Source: Pseudomonadota bacterium (GTDB lineage: Bacteria; Pseudomonadota; Alphaproteobacteria; Rhodobacterales; Rhodobacteraceae). From it: a stretch of 24,000 nucleotides of DNA. Position numbers and translations under genes: made by a program. Of the stretch, positions 1 through 7,062 are shown in pieces. The stretch lies in contig JBCBRF010000025.1 of the NCBI GenBank assembly GCA_039819865.1, positions 4,333 through 28,332 on the forward strand, given 5' to 3'. Position 1 is the stretch's first letter. Every line of letters starts with the position of its first letter. The notes beneath the pieces are model-generated. The model saw only the letters and a list, made by a program, of their open reading frames with translations, was not told the DNA's origin and ran no database searches.

Positions 1-824
1 TCGGTCGTCGCAACCTCGGATTGGGCTGGCGCGCGGTCGAGGCTCGGATCGACGAAGCGGAAGGCGGGCAGGGGGCCGGTGATGCGCAAGGTCAGGCCGA
101 ACGGCTCGGCGAGCGCGGCCCAGGCGCCGCCGGCCTCGGACAGCGCCTCGACCGATCCGCGGGCGGCGAGCACCGAGAGATCCAGCGCGAGGTCGGGGCG
201 GCCCGGCGCGACCTCGACGCTGGCCCGGCCGAGCCGGGCGGCGTCGCCGCGGATCCGGTCGAGCAGCGCGCCCGTGGCGGAGCGGCGGCGATCCTCGTCC
301 TGGCGACGGTCGAGCTTGCGGCGGAGATAAGCGCGGCCGTTCGGCGCCGTGGGCCGGGAGGCGGCGGGGGACGCGGGCGGGGTCCCGGGCGGGCTCCCGG
401 GCGGGGTCCCGGGCGGGGTCCCGGGCTGGGTCGAGATCAGGAGACGGATCTGGTACTCGGCGGCGCCGCGGATCCGGAGGAAAGCGGCTTTCAGCGCGTC
501 GGCGCGGTCCGGGTCGCCCGCGAGCCCGGCGGCGGTCTCCTCCGGCGTGCGGGTCGCGGCGCCGAAGCGCAGCGGCAGGACGTCGATGACCGCGGCCAGA
601 CGGCAGAGCGCGTCATGATGCGCCTTGGCGAGCCGGCCCGCCTGGTCGGGGTCCTCGCCGATCGGCCCCGCGGCGGGGTCGCTCTCGGTCAACCCCGCCG
701 GCGCGGTGGCGAGCAGCGCCAGACCGCCCGCGGGCGCGAGCGCGACCGGGTCGCCGCCCGTGAGCGCGGCGCGAGCGCGGTCGGCGTCGCGGGGATCGAT
801 CAGGCCGTGCGGCATCCAGAGCAT
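1..824 (-). CDS. GvpL/GvpF-family gas vesicle protein, truncated by the left window edge. It is absent from the ORF track because it has no stop codon in the window.
   Basis: Manual minus-strand translation from ATG at 824-822, with GGAGA about 10 nt upstream: MLWMPHGLIDPRD...VIDVLPLRFGAATRT...AEYQIRLLISTQ(PGTP)x4...NGRAYLRRKLD...LTLRITGPLPAFRFV. The frame stays open to position 1. The VLPxRFG, AEYxI, GRAYL and TGPxPxxxF motifs are typical of the GvpF/L family. Third codon positions are strongly GC. Confidence 0.8.
   Translation of the reverse strand, partial: MLWMPHGLIDPRDADRARAALTGGDPVALAPAGGLALLATAPAGLTESDPAAGPIGEDPDQAGRLAKAHHDALCRLAAVIDVLPLRFGAATRTPEETAAGLAGDPDRADALKAAFLRIRGAAEYQIRLLISTQPGTPPGTPPGSPPGTPPASPAASRPTAPNGRAYLRRKLDRRQDEDRRRSATGALLDRIRGDAARLGRASVEVAPGRPDLALDLSVLAARGSVEALSEAGGAWAALAEPFGLTLRITGPLPAFRFVDPSLDRAPAQSEVATT
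374..433. repeat. 12-bp tandem repeat (CGGGCGGGGTCC) x5, the last copy degenerate. It encodes a (PGTP)n linker inside the truncated GvpF/L gene.
   Basis: Read directly: copies at 374-385, 386-397, 398-409, 410-421 and 422-433. Minus-strand translation is PGTPPGTPPGSPPGTPPASP. Confidence 0.9.
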
Positions 825-870
825 GGCTGGGCGGTCTCCGGTCTTCACGTTCTCGGTCGGCGCGTCCGTC

Positions 871-1902
871 TCAGGCGGCGCCGGCGATGGGTTGGTCGGC
901 GTCGCTCTTGGCGGCGTCGCCCTCACGGCGGAGGACGGCGAGGATCGGCGGCGCGTCGGCGGACGCGCCGGCGGAGACGAGCGCCTGGCGGGCCTCGGCG
1001 ACGCGGCGGAGCAGCGTCTGCGCTTCGCCGAGCGTCCGGGTCAAGGCGGCCGAGGCCGCGCCCGCGACATCCGGATGAGCGCGCTTCACCGCGGCGCGGT
1101 AGGCCGCGCGCACCGCATCCACGCCCTCCGACGCGCGGACGCCCAGGGTCTGCTCGGCGGCGGAGACGGCGGCCGGGTCGGGACGGTCGAAGGCGATGCT
1201 GGCGAAGGAGCTGGCGGGCGCCGGGCCGATCATGCGGATCGCGAGCGCGCCCTCCCACTCCGCGTCGAAGCCCTCGAGCGCGGCCTCGAGCGCGGCGTCG
1301 CCGCCGCGACCGGTCAGCGCGACCACGTTCAGGATGGTCTCATCGTCGCCCTCCGGCAGACGGGCGAGGTCGACGGCGGCGGGCGCGAGGTCGAGCGCGT
1401 AGCGCGCCGCGAGGCGGGCGCGCTCGGCCTCGGAGGCCTCCTGCAGGATCCGCCCGGCGCCCGCGCGGTCGCCATCGGAGGCCGCCGCTCGCGCCGCGCC
1501 CCAAGCGGGATAGCGGGAGAGGCGCTGCAGCATCGCCTTCACCGGCGCTTTGATCAGGAGCTGGTGCTGCTCGAGATCGCCGTATTCGGACAGGCCCTCG
1601 GACAGCATCGAAGCGTTTGCGGCGAGGAAGCCCTGGAGCGCGCCGAAATCGGCCAGATCCGCGCCCGGCGCGGCCGGCAGGAGCGGCGCGACGGCGTGGG
1701 CGGCCTCGAGCGCGGCCTGGGTCTCGACCAAGGCTTTGCCGATCGCCTTGCGGGTCCGCCAGAAGCCGCCCTTGGCGGTCGGCAGGGCGAGCGCGGCGAG
1801 GCCGCGGGCGACCGCGATGTGGGCGTCGGAGCGCTCCAGCGCGGCCGAGGCCGCCACAGCGTCGGTTTCCGCCGTCACCGCCAGAAGGGTCAGGGCCGTC
1901 AT
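871..1902 (-). CDS. GvpL/GvpF-family gas vesicle protein with a C-terminal J-domain-like extension (HPD motif)
   Basis: 343-aa ORF. Residues 1-240 have the GvpF/L layout (HQLLIKAP strand, ALAIRMIGPAPASSFASI = GPxPxxxF C-terminal motif). Residues about 247-305 read AEQTLGVRASEGVDAVRAAYRAAVKRAHPDVAG..LTRTLGEAQTLL, which matches the J-domain pattern LGV..x..I..AYR.....HPD......eA...L. The HPD codons are at 1069-1077. The ATG at 1902 overlaps the upstream TGA (ATGA at 1899-1902), and GAGGAG lies upstream. Confidence 0.85.
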   Translation of the reverse strand: MTALTLLAVTAETDAVAASAALERSDAHIAVARGLAALALPTAKGGFWRTRKAIGKALVETQAALEAAHAVAPLLPAAPGADLADFGALQGFLAANASMLSEGLSEYGDLEQHQLLIKAPVKAMLQRLSRYPAWGAARAAASDGDRAGAGRILQEASEAERARLAARYALDLAPAAVDLARLPEGDDETILNVVALTGRGGDAALEAALEGFDAEWEGALAIRMIGPAPASSFASIAFDRPDPAAVSAAEQTLGVRASEGVDAVRAAYRAAVKRAHPDVAGAASAALTRTLGEAQTLLRRVAEARQALVSAGASADAPPILAVLRREGDAAKSDADQPIAGAA

Positions 1903-4187
1903 ATCGATCTCCTCACACCTGAATCGCGCGCGTTAGGATCGCGCACGTTAGAATCGCGGACGGTTGGGTCGCGCGCCTCGACCGCCTCGCGTCCGGCGCC
2001 CATGGACATCCGCTCGAGCGGGCGGGCCGCCGCCGGCGCGCGCCCGGAAGCCGTCCGGCTCGCCGACAGCTCGGCCGCGGCCGCGTCGAAATCATCCGGG
2101 ACCGCCCTCGGCGGGGCGTCCGCATTCGCCCCGGCCTCGATCCAACGCCGGATCGCGCTCCGTCCGGCGATCTCGCACAGCGCCTTCAGGTCCGCGCCGA
2201 CCCACCCTTCGAGGCTTTCGGCGACGCGGTCGAGCGCGACGTCGTCGGCGCGCGGCAGATCGGCGGCGTGGATCGCCAGGATCTCGGCCCGCGCGGCGGC
2301 GTCGGGCGCGCCGATCTCGAGCGTCAGGTCGAAGCGGCCCGGGCGCAGCAGCGCCGGGTCCACCGCGCTCGGGCGGTTGGTGGCGGCCAGAAGCGTCACG
2401 CCGCGCAGTTCGTCCACGCCGTCGATCTCCGTCAACAATTGCGCCGTCACCCGGCCGATCGCGCCATGGTCCGACTCGCCTCGGACGGGAGCCAGCGCGT
2501 CGATCTCGTCGAAAAAGAGGATGCACGGCGCCGAGGCTCGGGCTTTGCGGAACAGCTCGCGGACGCCGCGCTCGGCGTCGCCCAGGAAACGGGAGAGCAG
2601 CTCCGCGCCGCGGACGGGGATGAAGTTCACGCCGGCCTCGTGGGCGAGGGCGCGGGCGAGATGGGTCTTGCCGGTTCCGGGCGGCCCCGCGAGCAGAACG
2701 CCCTTGGCGGGCTTGAGGCCGATGGCGCGGTAGGCGGCCTCGTGACGGAGCGGCCAGATCACGGCCTCGACGAGCGCGCGCTTGGCCTCGGCGGCGCCGC
2801 CGACGTCGGACCAGCGCGTCTCGGGCGTCTCGATCGCGACCTCGCGGAGCGCGGACGGGCCGACGGTTTTGAGCGCGGCGTCGAAGTCTTCGGGTTCGAC
2901 GGCGACGTTGTCGGGTGCGGCGTCTTCGCCCAGACGGCGGAGCGCGGCGAGGCCGGCTTCGCGGGCGAGCGCGGCGAGATCGGCGCCGACATAGCCATGG
3001 GCCGCGGCGGCGACCGCGTCGATCTCGACGCGGTCGGACAGCGGCATGCGCTCGGCGTGGACGCGCAGGATCGCGGCGCGGCCGGCGCGGTCGGGCGGCG
3101 AGAAGGCGATCTCACGATCGAAGCGGCCCGGGCGGCGGAGCGCGGGGTCGAGCGCGTCGGGCAGGTTGGTCGCCGCCATCACGATCACCCGGCCGCGGGC
3201 GGAGAGGCCGTCCATCAGGCCGAGGAGCTGGGCGACGACGCGGCGCTCGAGCTGGCGATCCTCGGCCATGTTGGCGCGCTTCGGCGCGATGGCGTCGATC
3301 TCGTCGATGAAGATGACGCTCGGCGCCTTGGCTTCGGCGGATTTGAACAGCTCGCGGAGCCGGCTTTCGCTGTCGCCGTAGTGCTTCGAGACGATCTCGG
3401 GGCCGGTGAGCTGGAAGAAGGCGGCTTCGGTCTCCTCGGCGACGGCGCGGGCGAGCAGGGTTTTGCCGCAGCCGGGCGGGCCGGAGAACAGCACGCCCTT
3501 CGGCGCGTCGACGCCGAGGCGCTGGAACAGGTCGGGCCGGCGGAGCGGCAGCTCGACCATCTCGCGGACCTGGGCGAGTTCGCGGTCGAGGCCGGCGATC
3601 CCGGCGTAGCCGCGGGATCCGGGGCGGGCCTTGGCGGCGGTCGGGTCGGCGCGCAGGCCGAGCCGGGTGGCCGCCGTCACCAGGAGCGGGCCCTCGGGCG
3701 CGGCTTCGGCGATGATCGCCTCGATCGTGACGCCGCCGAGCAGGCGGATGCGGACCCGATCGCCGAGGGCGGCGGGGGTGTCCTCCATCGCGTTCCTGAT
3801 CCGGCCGGCGAGGGCCTCGGTGGCGCGCGGCGCGCCGGCGGAAAGGCTCAGGACCAGGGTCTCGGCGGGTCGGGCGGAGGCGGTCGCGACCGCGACGGGC
3901 TCGCCGAGGCCGACGCCGGCGTTGGCGCGCTGGATCTCGTCGAGCAAGATGATCGAGGCGCCGCGGCTTTGGGCGTGGGCGGGCAGCGCGCGGGCGTAGG
4001 TGGCGCGGTCGGCGCCGACGCCCGAGAGCTTGAGCAGATCGCCCGCGCGGGCGCCGAGGCGCGCCAGGTCGGCCGGGTCGAGCCGGGCCACGGCCCGATC
4101 GGCGTCGCCCGGGGCGGCGCCCGCGGCGATCAACGTGACGGCGCCCGCGGAAGCGGCGGCGCCCGGCTCGGCCCGGACGTCCGACAT
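1899..4187 (-). CDS. CDC48/VAT-type double AAA+ ATPase (N domain + D1 + D2)
   Basis: 762-aa ORF. The N-terminal double-psi-barrel-like region reads GDLLKLSG...ILLDEIQRANAGVGLGEPV. D1 has Walker A GPPGCGKT, pore loop SKHYGDSE and Walker B VIFIDEIDA. D2 has Walker A GPPGTGKT, pore loop SRFLGDAE and Walker B ILFFDEIDA. Both domains have RRPGRFD/LRPGRFD arginine-finger regions. The C-terminal tail has RDxxV repeats and no HbYX motif. Confidence 0.92.
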   Translation of the reverse strand: MSDVRAEPGAAASAGAVTLIAAGAAPGDADRAVARLDPADLARLGARAGDLLKLSGVGADRATYARALPAHAQSRGASIILLDEIQRANAGVGLGEPVAVATASARPAETLVLSLSAGAPRATEALAGRIRNAMEDTPAALGDRVRIRLLGGVTIEAIIAEAAPEGPLLVTAATRLGLRADPTAAKARPGSRGYAGIAGLDRELAQVREMVELPLRRPDLFQRLGVDAPKGVLFSGPPGCGKTLLARAVAEETEAAFFQLTGPEIVSKHYGDSESRLRELFKSAEAKAPSVIFIDEIDAIAPKRANMAEDRQLERRVVAQLLGLMDGLSARGRVIVMAATNLPDALDPALRRPGRFDREIAFSPPDRAGRAAILRVHAERMPLSDRVEIDAVAAAAHGYVGADLAALAREAGLAALRRLGEDAAPDNVAVEPEDFDAALKTVGPSALREVAIETPETRWSDVGGAAEAKRALVEAVIWPLRHEAAYRAIGLKPAKGVLLAGPPGTGKTHLARALAHEAGVNFIPVRGAELLSRFLGDAERGVRELFRKARASAPCILFFDEIDALAPVRGESDHGAIGRVTAQLLTEIDGVDELRGVTLLAATNRPSAVDPALLRPGRFDLTLEIGAPDAAARAEILAIHAADLPRADDVALDRVAESLEGWVGADLKALCEIAGRSAIRRWIEAGANADAPPRAVPDDFDAAAAELSASRTASGRAPAAARPLERMSMGAGREAVEARDPTVRDSNVRDPNARDSGVRRSI
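1921..1980. repeat. 15-bp tandem repeat x4 in the 3' end of the AAA+ gene, encoding an (RDxxV/A)x4 tail
   Basis: Copies are gaatcgcgcgcgtta (1921-1935), ggatcgcgcacgtta (1936-1950), gaatcgcggacggtt (1951-1965) and gggtcgcgcgcctcg (1966-1980). Minus-strand translation is RDPTVRDSNVRDPNARDSGV. Confidence 0.85.
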
Positions 4188-4360
4188 CAGGCGCTCCTGC
4201 GGATCCCGGCGTGAGCGCGGCCGTCCTGCTCCAGCGCGCGGGCGCGGAGACCGCGGCGGCCAAAGCGGCGGCGGGACCAGAACACGGCGACGCGGGCGTC
4301 CTCGACGACGCGACGGCGGGCGACCCGACGGGTCGGTTTTCGAGCGGCGATGATCTTCAT
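4187..4360 (-). CDS. Small Arg-rich hypothetical protein (57 aa), translationally coupled to the AAA+ ATPase. It is below the ORF-track size cutoff.
   Basis: Manual translation from ATG at 4360-4358: MKIIAARKPTRRVARRRVVEDARVAVFWSRRRFGRRGLRARALEQDGRAHAGIRRSA*. The stop TGA (4189-4187) shares one base with the ATPase ATG (4187-4185). Third positions are mostly G/C. AAGGGA lies about 11 nt upstream. No family recognised. Confidence 0.4.
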   Translation of the reverse strand: MKIIAARKPTRRVARRRVVEDARVAVFWSRRRFGRRGLRARALEQDGRAHAGIRRSA

Positions 4361-4507
4361 GGGGTTGAGCGTCCCTTGCCTGTATTGCGGCCTTTGGTTT
4401 TTCGGCCGTTTTTGTTTGGTCTCTGCAGTCGGGTCGTCGCGCCGGTTCGCCCGGTCTTTTTTGGTTTTTTTGTCGTTTGGTCGTCGGGTCGTTCGTTCAG
4501 GCCCGCC
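4361..4507 (-). promoter_or_regulatory. Unusually A-rich (on the transcript strand) 147-bp intra-operon spacer made of an imperfect duplication. Possible internal promoter, RNA processing site or RNA element.
   Basis: This is one of the few low-GC stretches on the gvp side. There is a 10-bp direct repeat GTCGGGTCGT at 4427-4436 and 4483-4492. Each copy is preceded by GTTTGGTC and by T-runs (tttggtttttcggccgtttttgtttggtc versus ttttttggtttttttgtcgtttggtc). On the minus strand this gives repeated ACCAAA/GACCAAAC motifs. The minus strand has no ATG or GTG here. Confidence 0.45.
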
Positions 4508-4756
4508 TCAGCCGGCGCGGCCCTGCCTCTGGATGTCGCGGAGCCGGGTGAGGAGCTTCAGCTCCGCCTCCTCATATTCCTCCTCCGAGATCTCGCCGGC
4601 GTCGAGCATTTGCTCGAGGACCAGGATCTGACGCTTGATCTCGGCGGGGTCGTTCATCTGCTCGAGCGCGTGGTCGTGGATCTTCCGTCCGATCCACAGC
4701 GCGGTGTGGAGCGGGGCCGTGATCGGCAGGGTCAGAAGCGTTGAGAGCAGGCCCAT
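4508..4756 (-). CDS. gvpG: Gas vesicle protein GvpG
   Basis: 82 aa: MGLLSTLLTLPITAPLHTALWIGRKIHDHALEQMNDPAEIKRQILVLEQMLDAGEISEEEYEEAELKLLTRL. It has the hydrophobic N-terminus plus the GEISEEEYEE helix characteristic of GvpG. GAAGGAG SD upstream. Confidence 0.9.
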   Translation of the reverse strand: MGLLSTLLTLPITAPLHTALWIGRKIHDHALEQMNDPAEIKRQILVLEQMLDAGEISEEEYEEAELKLLTRLRDIQRQGRAG

Positions 4757-4782
4757 GGCGGGCTCCTTCGATGGGGCGGGGT

Positions 4783-5637
4783 TCAGCCCGCGAGGGCGGC
4801 GGGCTCGACCGCGTTGGGGGCGGCCCAGGCGAGCTGGAGCGAGACGAAGCTGTAGGCCGGGCCTGGCCCGACGATCTTCACCGTCAGGCGCCCCGGCGCC
4901 TCGGCCTCGACGGCCTCGAGCGCGGCGACGAGATCGGCCTGGGCGACGCGGTCGAGCAGGGCGTCGGCCTTCAGGACCATCATCTCATCCTCCGGCGCGC
5001 CGAAGGCGAGCGAGCGGGTCAGCGGTTCGAGGCGCTCGATCAGGCGGTGGCGCTCCTCGGTGCGCTTGGTCTCGAGCGCGGCGTCGACCTTCCGGCCGAG
5101 CTCGATGCGCTGGTAATGGGTCTCGGTCGCGGAGCGGGCGGCGAGGGCCTTGTAGGCGCTTTGCAGCTCGGGCCGGGCGGCCACGACCTCGCGCATCGCG
5201 GTCTCGCGGTCCCAGGAGACCTTGATCCCGCACTCGACGGCGCCGGCCAAATCGTCGAGGGCGGCCAACAGGGGATCCTCGTTGGCGGCGATGGTGGCGC
5301 GGATGCGGTCGACCTCCGCCGTGATCAGGCCGAAGCGCATCGGCAGAACGTCGGCGCGGGCCATCAGGGTCTCGAGCGCCTTGGCGTGGCCGAGCATGTT
5401 GCGCCGCGTGGAGAGCACCTCGTCGACGTCGATCGGGCTCGCGATGACGGTGAGCGGGCCGCACGCGACCAGAAAGGGCTCGTCGCCGGGGGCGGAGACC
5501 GGCTTGAACGCCAGATCGAGATCGGCGCCGGCGCGGGCGACGGCGTAGATGTAGACGTTGCCCTCCGCGCCGGGTTCGACGGCCTGGACGGCGGGCGGGG
5601 TCGCGGTGTCGGTCTCGATCTCGGTATTGGCGGTCAT
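4783..5637 (-). CDS. gvpF: Gas vesicle protein GvpF (GvpL/GvpF family)
   Basis: 284 aa: VYIYAVARA..., VLPMRFGLI, ECGIKVSWD, RLTVKIVGPGPAYSFV. These are canonical GvpF/L motifs. Sits immediately upstream of gvpG. Confidence 0.92.
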   Translation of the reverse strand: MTANTEIETDTATPPAVQAVEPGAEGNVYIYAVARAGADLDLAFKPVSAPGDEPFLVACGPLTVIASPIDVDEVLSTRRNMLGHAKALETLMARADVLPMRFGLITAEVDRIRATIAANEDPLLAALDDLAGAVECGIKVSWDRETAMREVVAARPELQSAYKALAARSATETHYQRIELGRKVDAALETKRTEERHRLIERLEPLTRSLAFGAPEDEMMVLKADALLDRVAQADLVAALEAVEAEAPGRLTVKIVGPGPAYSFVSLQLAWAAPNAVEPAALAG

Positions 5638-5645
5638 CGGCGGCC

Positions 5646-6341
5646 TCAGAAGCGTTGATCGTAGGCGGGCGGCCGCTGCGCGTCGGCGCGGCGCGGGATG
5701 CGGATCTCGAGGATGCCGTTGATCAGGCGGGTCTCCGCCCGCTCGCGGACGGCGTCCTCGTCGATGTCGGCGGGCAGCCGCGCCTCGCCGCGGAACTTGC
5801 GCGCGCCGGCGGTCTCGATCGCGAGCATCGGGCCCTCGGCGCGGAGCACGACGTCGTCCGGCGCGACGCCCGGCAGTTCGACCACGGCGACCCAGGCGTC
5901 CGCCTCGTCATAGACGTCGAGGACGGCTTCGCGCACGCGCTCCGGCGCGGGGCCCTGCGCGACGCTTTCGCCGCGGTCCTTCAATTCAAAATCGTTCGCT
6001 CCGGAGGCGTCGTCCTGGTCGGGGCGGATCGGACGGGCGCGCACGCCCCAGGAGGCGGTCACGCCGCCTTTCGCCACCGCGTCGCCGTCGCGGGCGCGTT
6101 TCTCCAACTCGCCGGCCAGGGTGTGGAGCGCGCCCGCGAGGCCGCCCGCCACGCCTTGCGCGGCGGTCTGCACGCTGTCGAACAACCCGCTCAGGCGCTG
6201 GCCGATTTCGTCGACGGCGGCCTGGCCCGTCAGGGTGTCGGCGCCCGAGCCGCCGGCGCCGGACGTCTCCGCGCCCGCGCTCGACCCGGCCGTTTTGTCG
6301 GCGTCGGAGGCGTCCGTTTGGTCGTCACGCGTATCGGTCAT
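5646..6341 (-). CDS. Hsp20/alpha-crystallin-domain protein (GvpH-like) with a disordered Gly/Ala/Asp-rich N-terminus
   Basis: 231 aa. The C-terminal portion VLDVYDEADAWVAVVELPGVAPDDVVLRAEGPMLAIE...RLINGILEIRIPRR fits the alpha-crystallin domain pattern (LPGV...NGVLEI.iP). AAGGAGAG SD upstream. Confidence 0.85.
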   Translation of the reverse strand: MTDTRDDQTDASDADKTAGSSAGAETSGAGGSGADTLTGQAAVDEIGQRLSGLFDSVQTAAQGVAGGLAGALHTLAGELEKRARDGDAVAKGGVTASWGVRARPIRPDQDDASGANDFELKDRGESVAQGPAPERVREAVLDVYDEADAWVAVVELPGVAPDDVVLRAEGPMLAIETAGARKFRGEARLPADIDEDAVRERAETRLINGILEIRIPRRADAQRPPAYDQRF

Positions 6342-6357
6342 GTCGGCTCTCCTTCGC

Positions 6358-6765
6358 TCAGACGCCGAGCTGCTGCAGGCGCTTTTCGAGGATCGCGAGG
6401 CGGCCGCGCAGCTCGCGGTTCTCCTGGGTCAGAACGGCGAGGCGGGCAGGGTCGACGGTCTCGATCGGCGCCGCGATCGGCGGGGCCGGCGGCTCCAGCC
6501 GCGGCGCGCCTTCGGCGCTTTCGAGCGACCCGTGGTGGAAGCCGGCGCCGCCGGTCAGCGAGGGATCGTGGGCCCACCAGTCGATGCCCATCTCGATCGC
6601 CTTATCGACCGTGGTGATCAGCAGCCGGAGCTTGACGCTCAGCAGCTCGATGCCGACCAGCGAGACCGTGACGTCGCCCGCGATCACGACGCCCTTGTCG
6701 AGCACCCGCTCGAGCACGTCGGCCAGGCTGTCGCTGTGGATCGGGCTGTGGATGGCGTGGGACAT
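6358..6765 (-). CDS. gvpJ: Gas vesicle protein GvpJ (GvpA/J/M family)
   Basis: 135 aa: SLADVLERVLDKGVVIAGDVTVSLVGIELLSVKLRLLITTVDKAIEMG is the GvpA/J core. The longer C-terminal extension is typical of GvpJ rather than GvpA. Confidence 0.9.
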   Translation of the reverse strand: MSHAIHSPIHSDSLADVLERVLDKGVVIAGDVTVSLVGIELLSVKLRLLITTVDKAIEMGIDWWAHDPSLTGGAGFHHGSLESAEGAPRLEPPAPPIAAPIETVDPARLAVLTQENRELRGRLAILEKRLQQLGV

Positions 6766-6789
6766 TGGGTCCTCTCACGCCGGCGCGGG

Positions 6790-7047
6790 TCAGGCGACGG
6801 CGTCGTTCTCGAAACGGGAATGCTTGCGCAGACGCCGGTAGCCGGTCAGGCCGCCCTCTGCGTCCAGCTCGTACTGGTAGGTGGTCAGCAGGTCGTCGTC
6901 GCCGAGGCGGGCCTTGCTCTCGAGCACGTCGACCTCGACGATCCAGCCGTCCTCGCGCTTTTCGCACCGAACGATGCTGTCGAAGGCCTGGCCGGTCATC
7001 TCGTCGGAGAGCTCGCGGGCGAGGCGGGTGACGTCGCGCAGATTCAT
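6790..7047 (-). CDS. gvpO: Gas vesicle protein GvpO
   Basis: 85 aa: ...EMTGQAFDSIVRCEKREDGWIVEVDVLESKARLGDDDLLTTYQYELDAEGGLTGYRRLRKHSR. This matches the GvpO pattern (DGW.v.vEv.E..R.p...D.l..Y.v.lD..G.l..YrR). Confidence 0.85.
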   Translation of the reverse strand: MNLRDVTRLARELSDEMTGQAFDSIVRCEKREDGWIVEVDVLESKARLGDDDLLTTYQYELDAEGGLTGYRRLRKHSRFENDAVA

Positions 7048-7062
7048 CGGATGGTCCTTTCG

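Noticed and set aside
1899-4187. CDC48-like ATPase as a proteasome-activating cap or a misannotated second GvpN
   Set aside because: The C-terminus (..GVRRSI) lacks an HbYX motif and no proteasome genes are nearby. Its architecture (N domain plus two classical AAA domains) differs from the single AAA+/MoxR-type GvpN, which is present separately at 7311-8309.
21-4263. Long ORFs 21..1553(+), 625..2733(+), 2268..4214(+), 3112..4263(-) and the smaller ones nested in them
   Set aside because: Their translations are Arg/Pro/Gly/Ala-rich low-complexity strings with no recognisable motifs. They lie antisense to, or out of frame with, ORFs that have clear GvpF/L, J-domain and CDC48-type AAA+ signatures. 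These are typical shadow ORFs of roughly 70% GC DNA.
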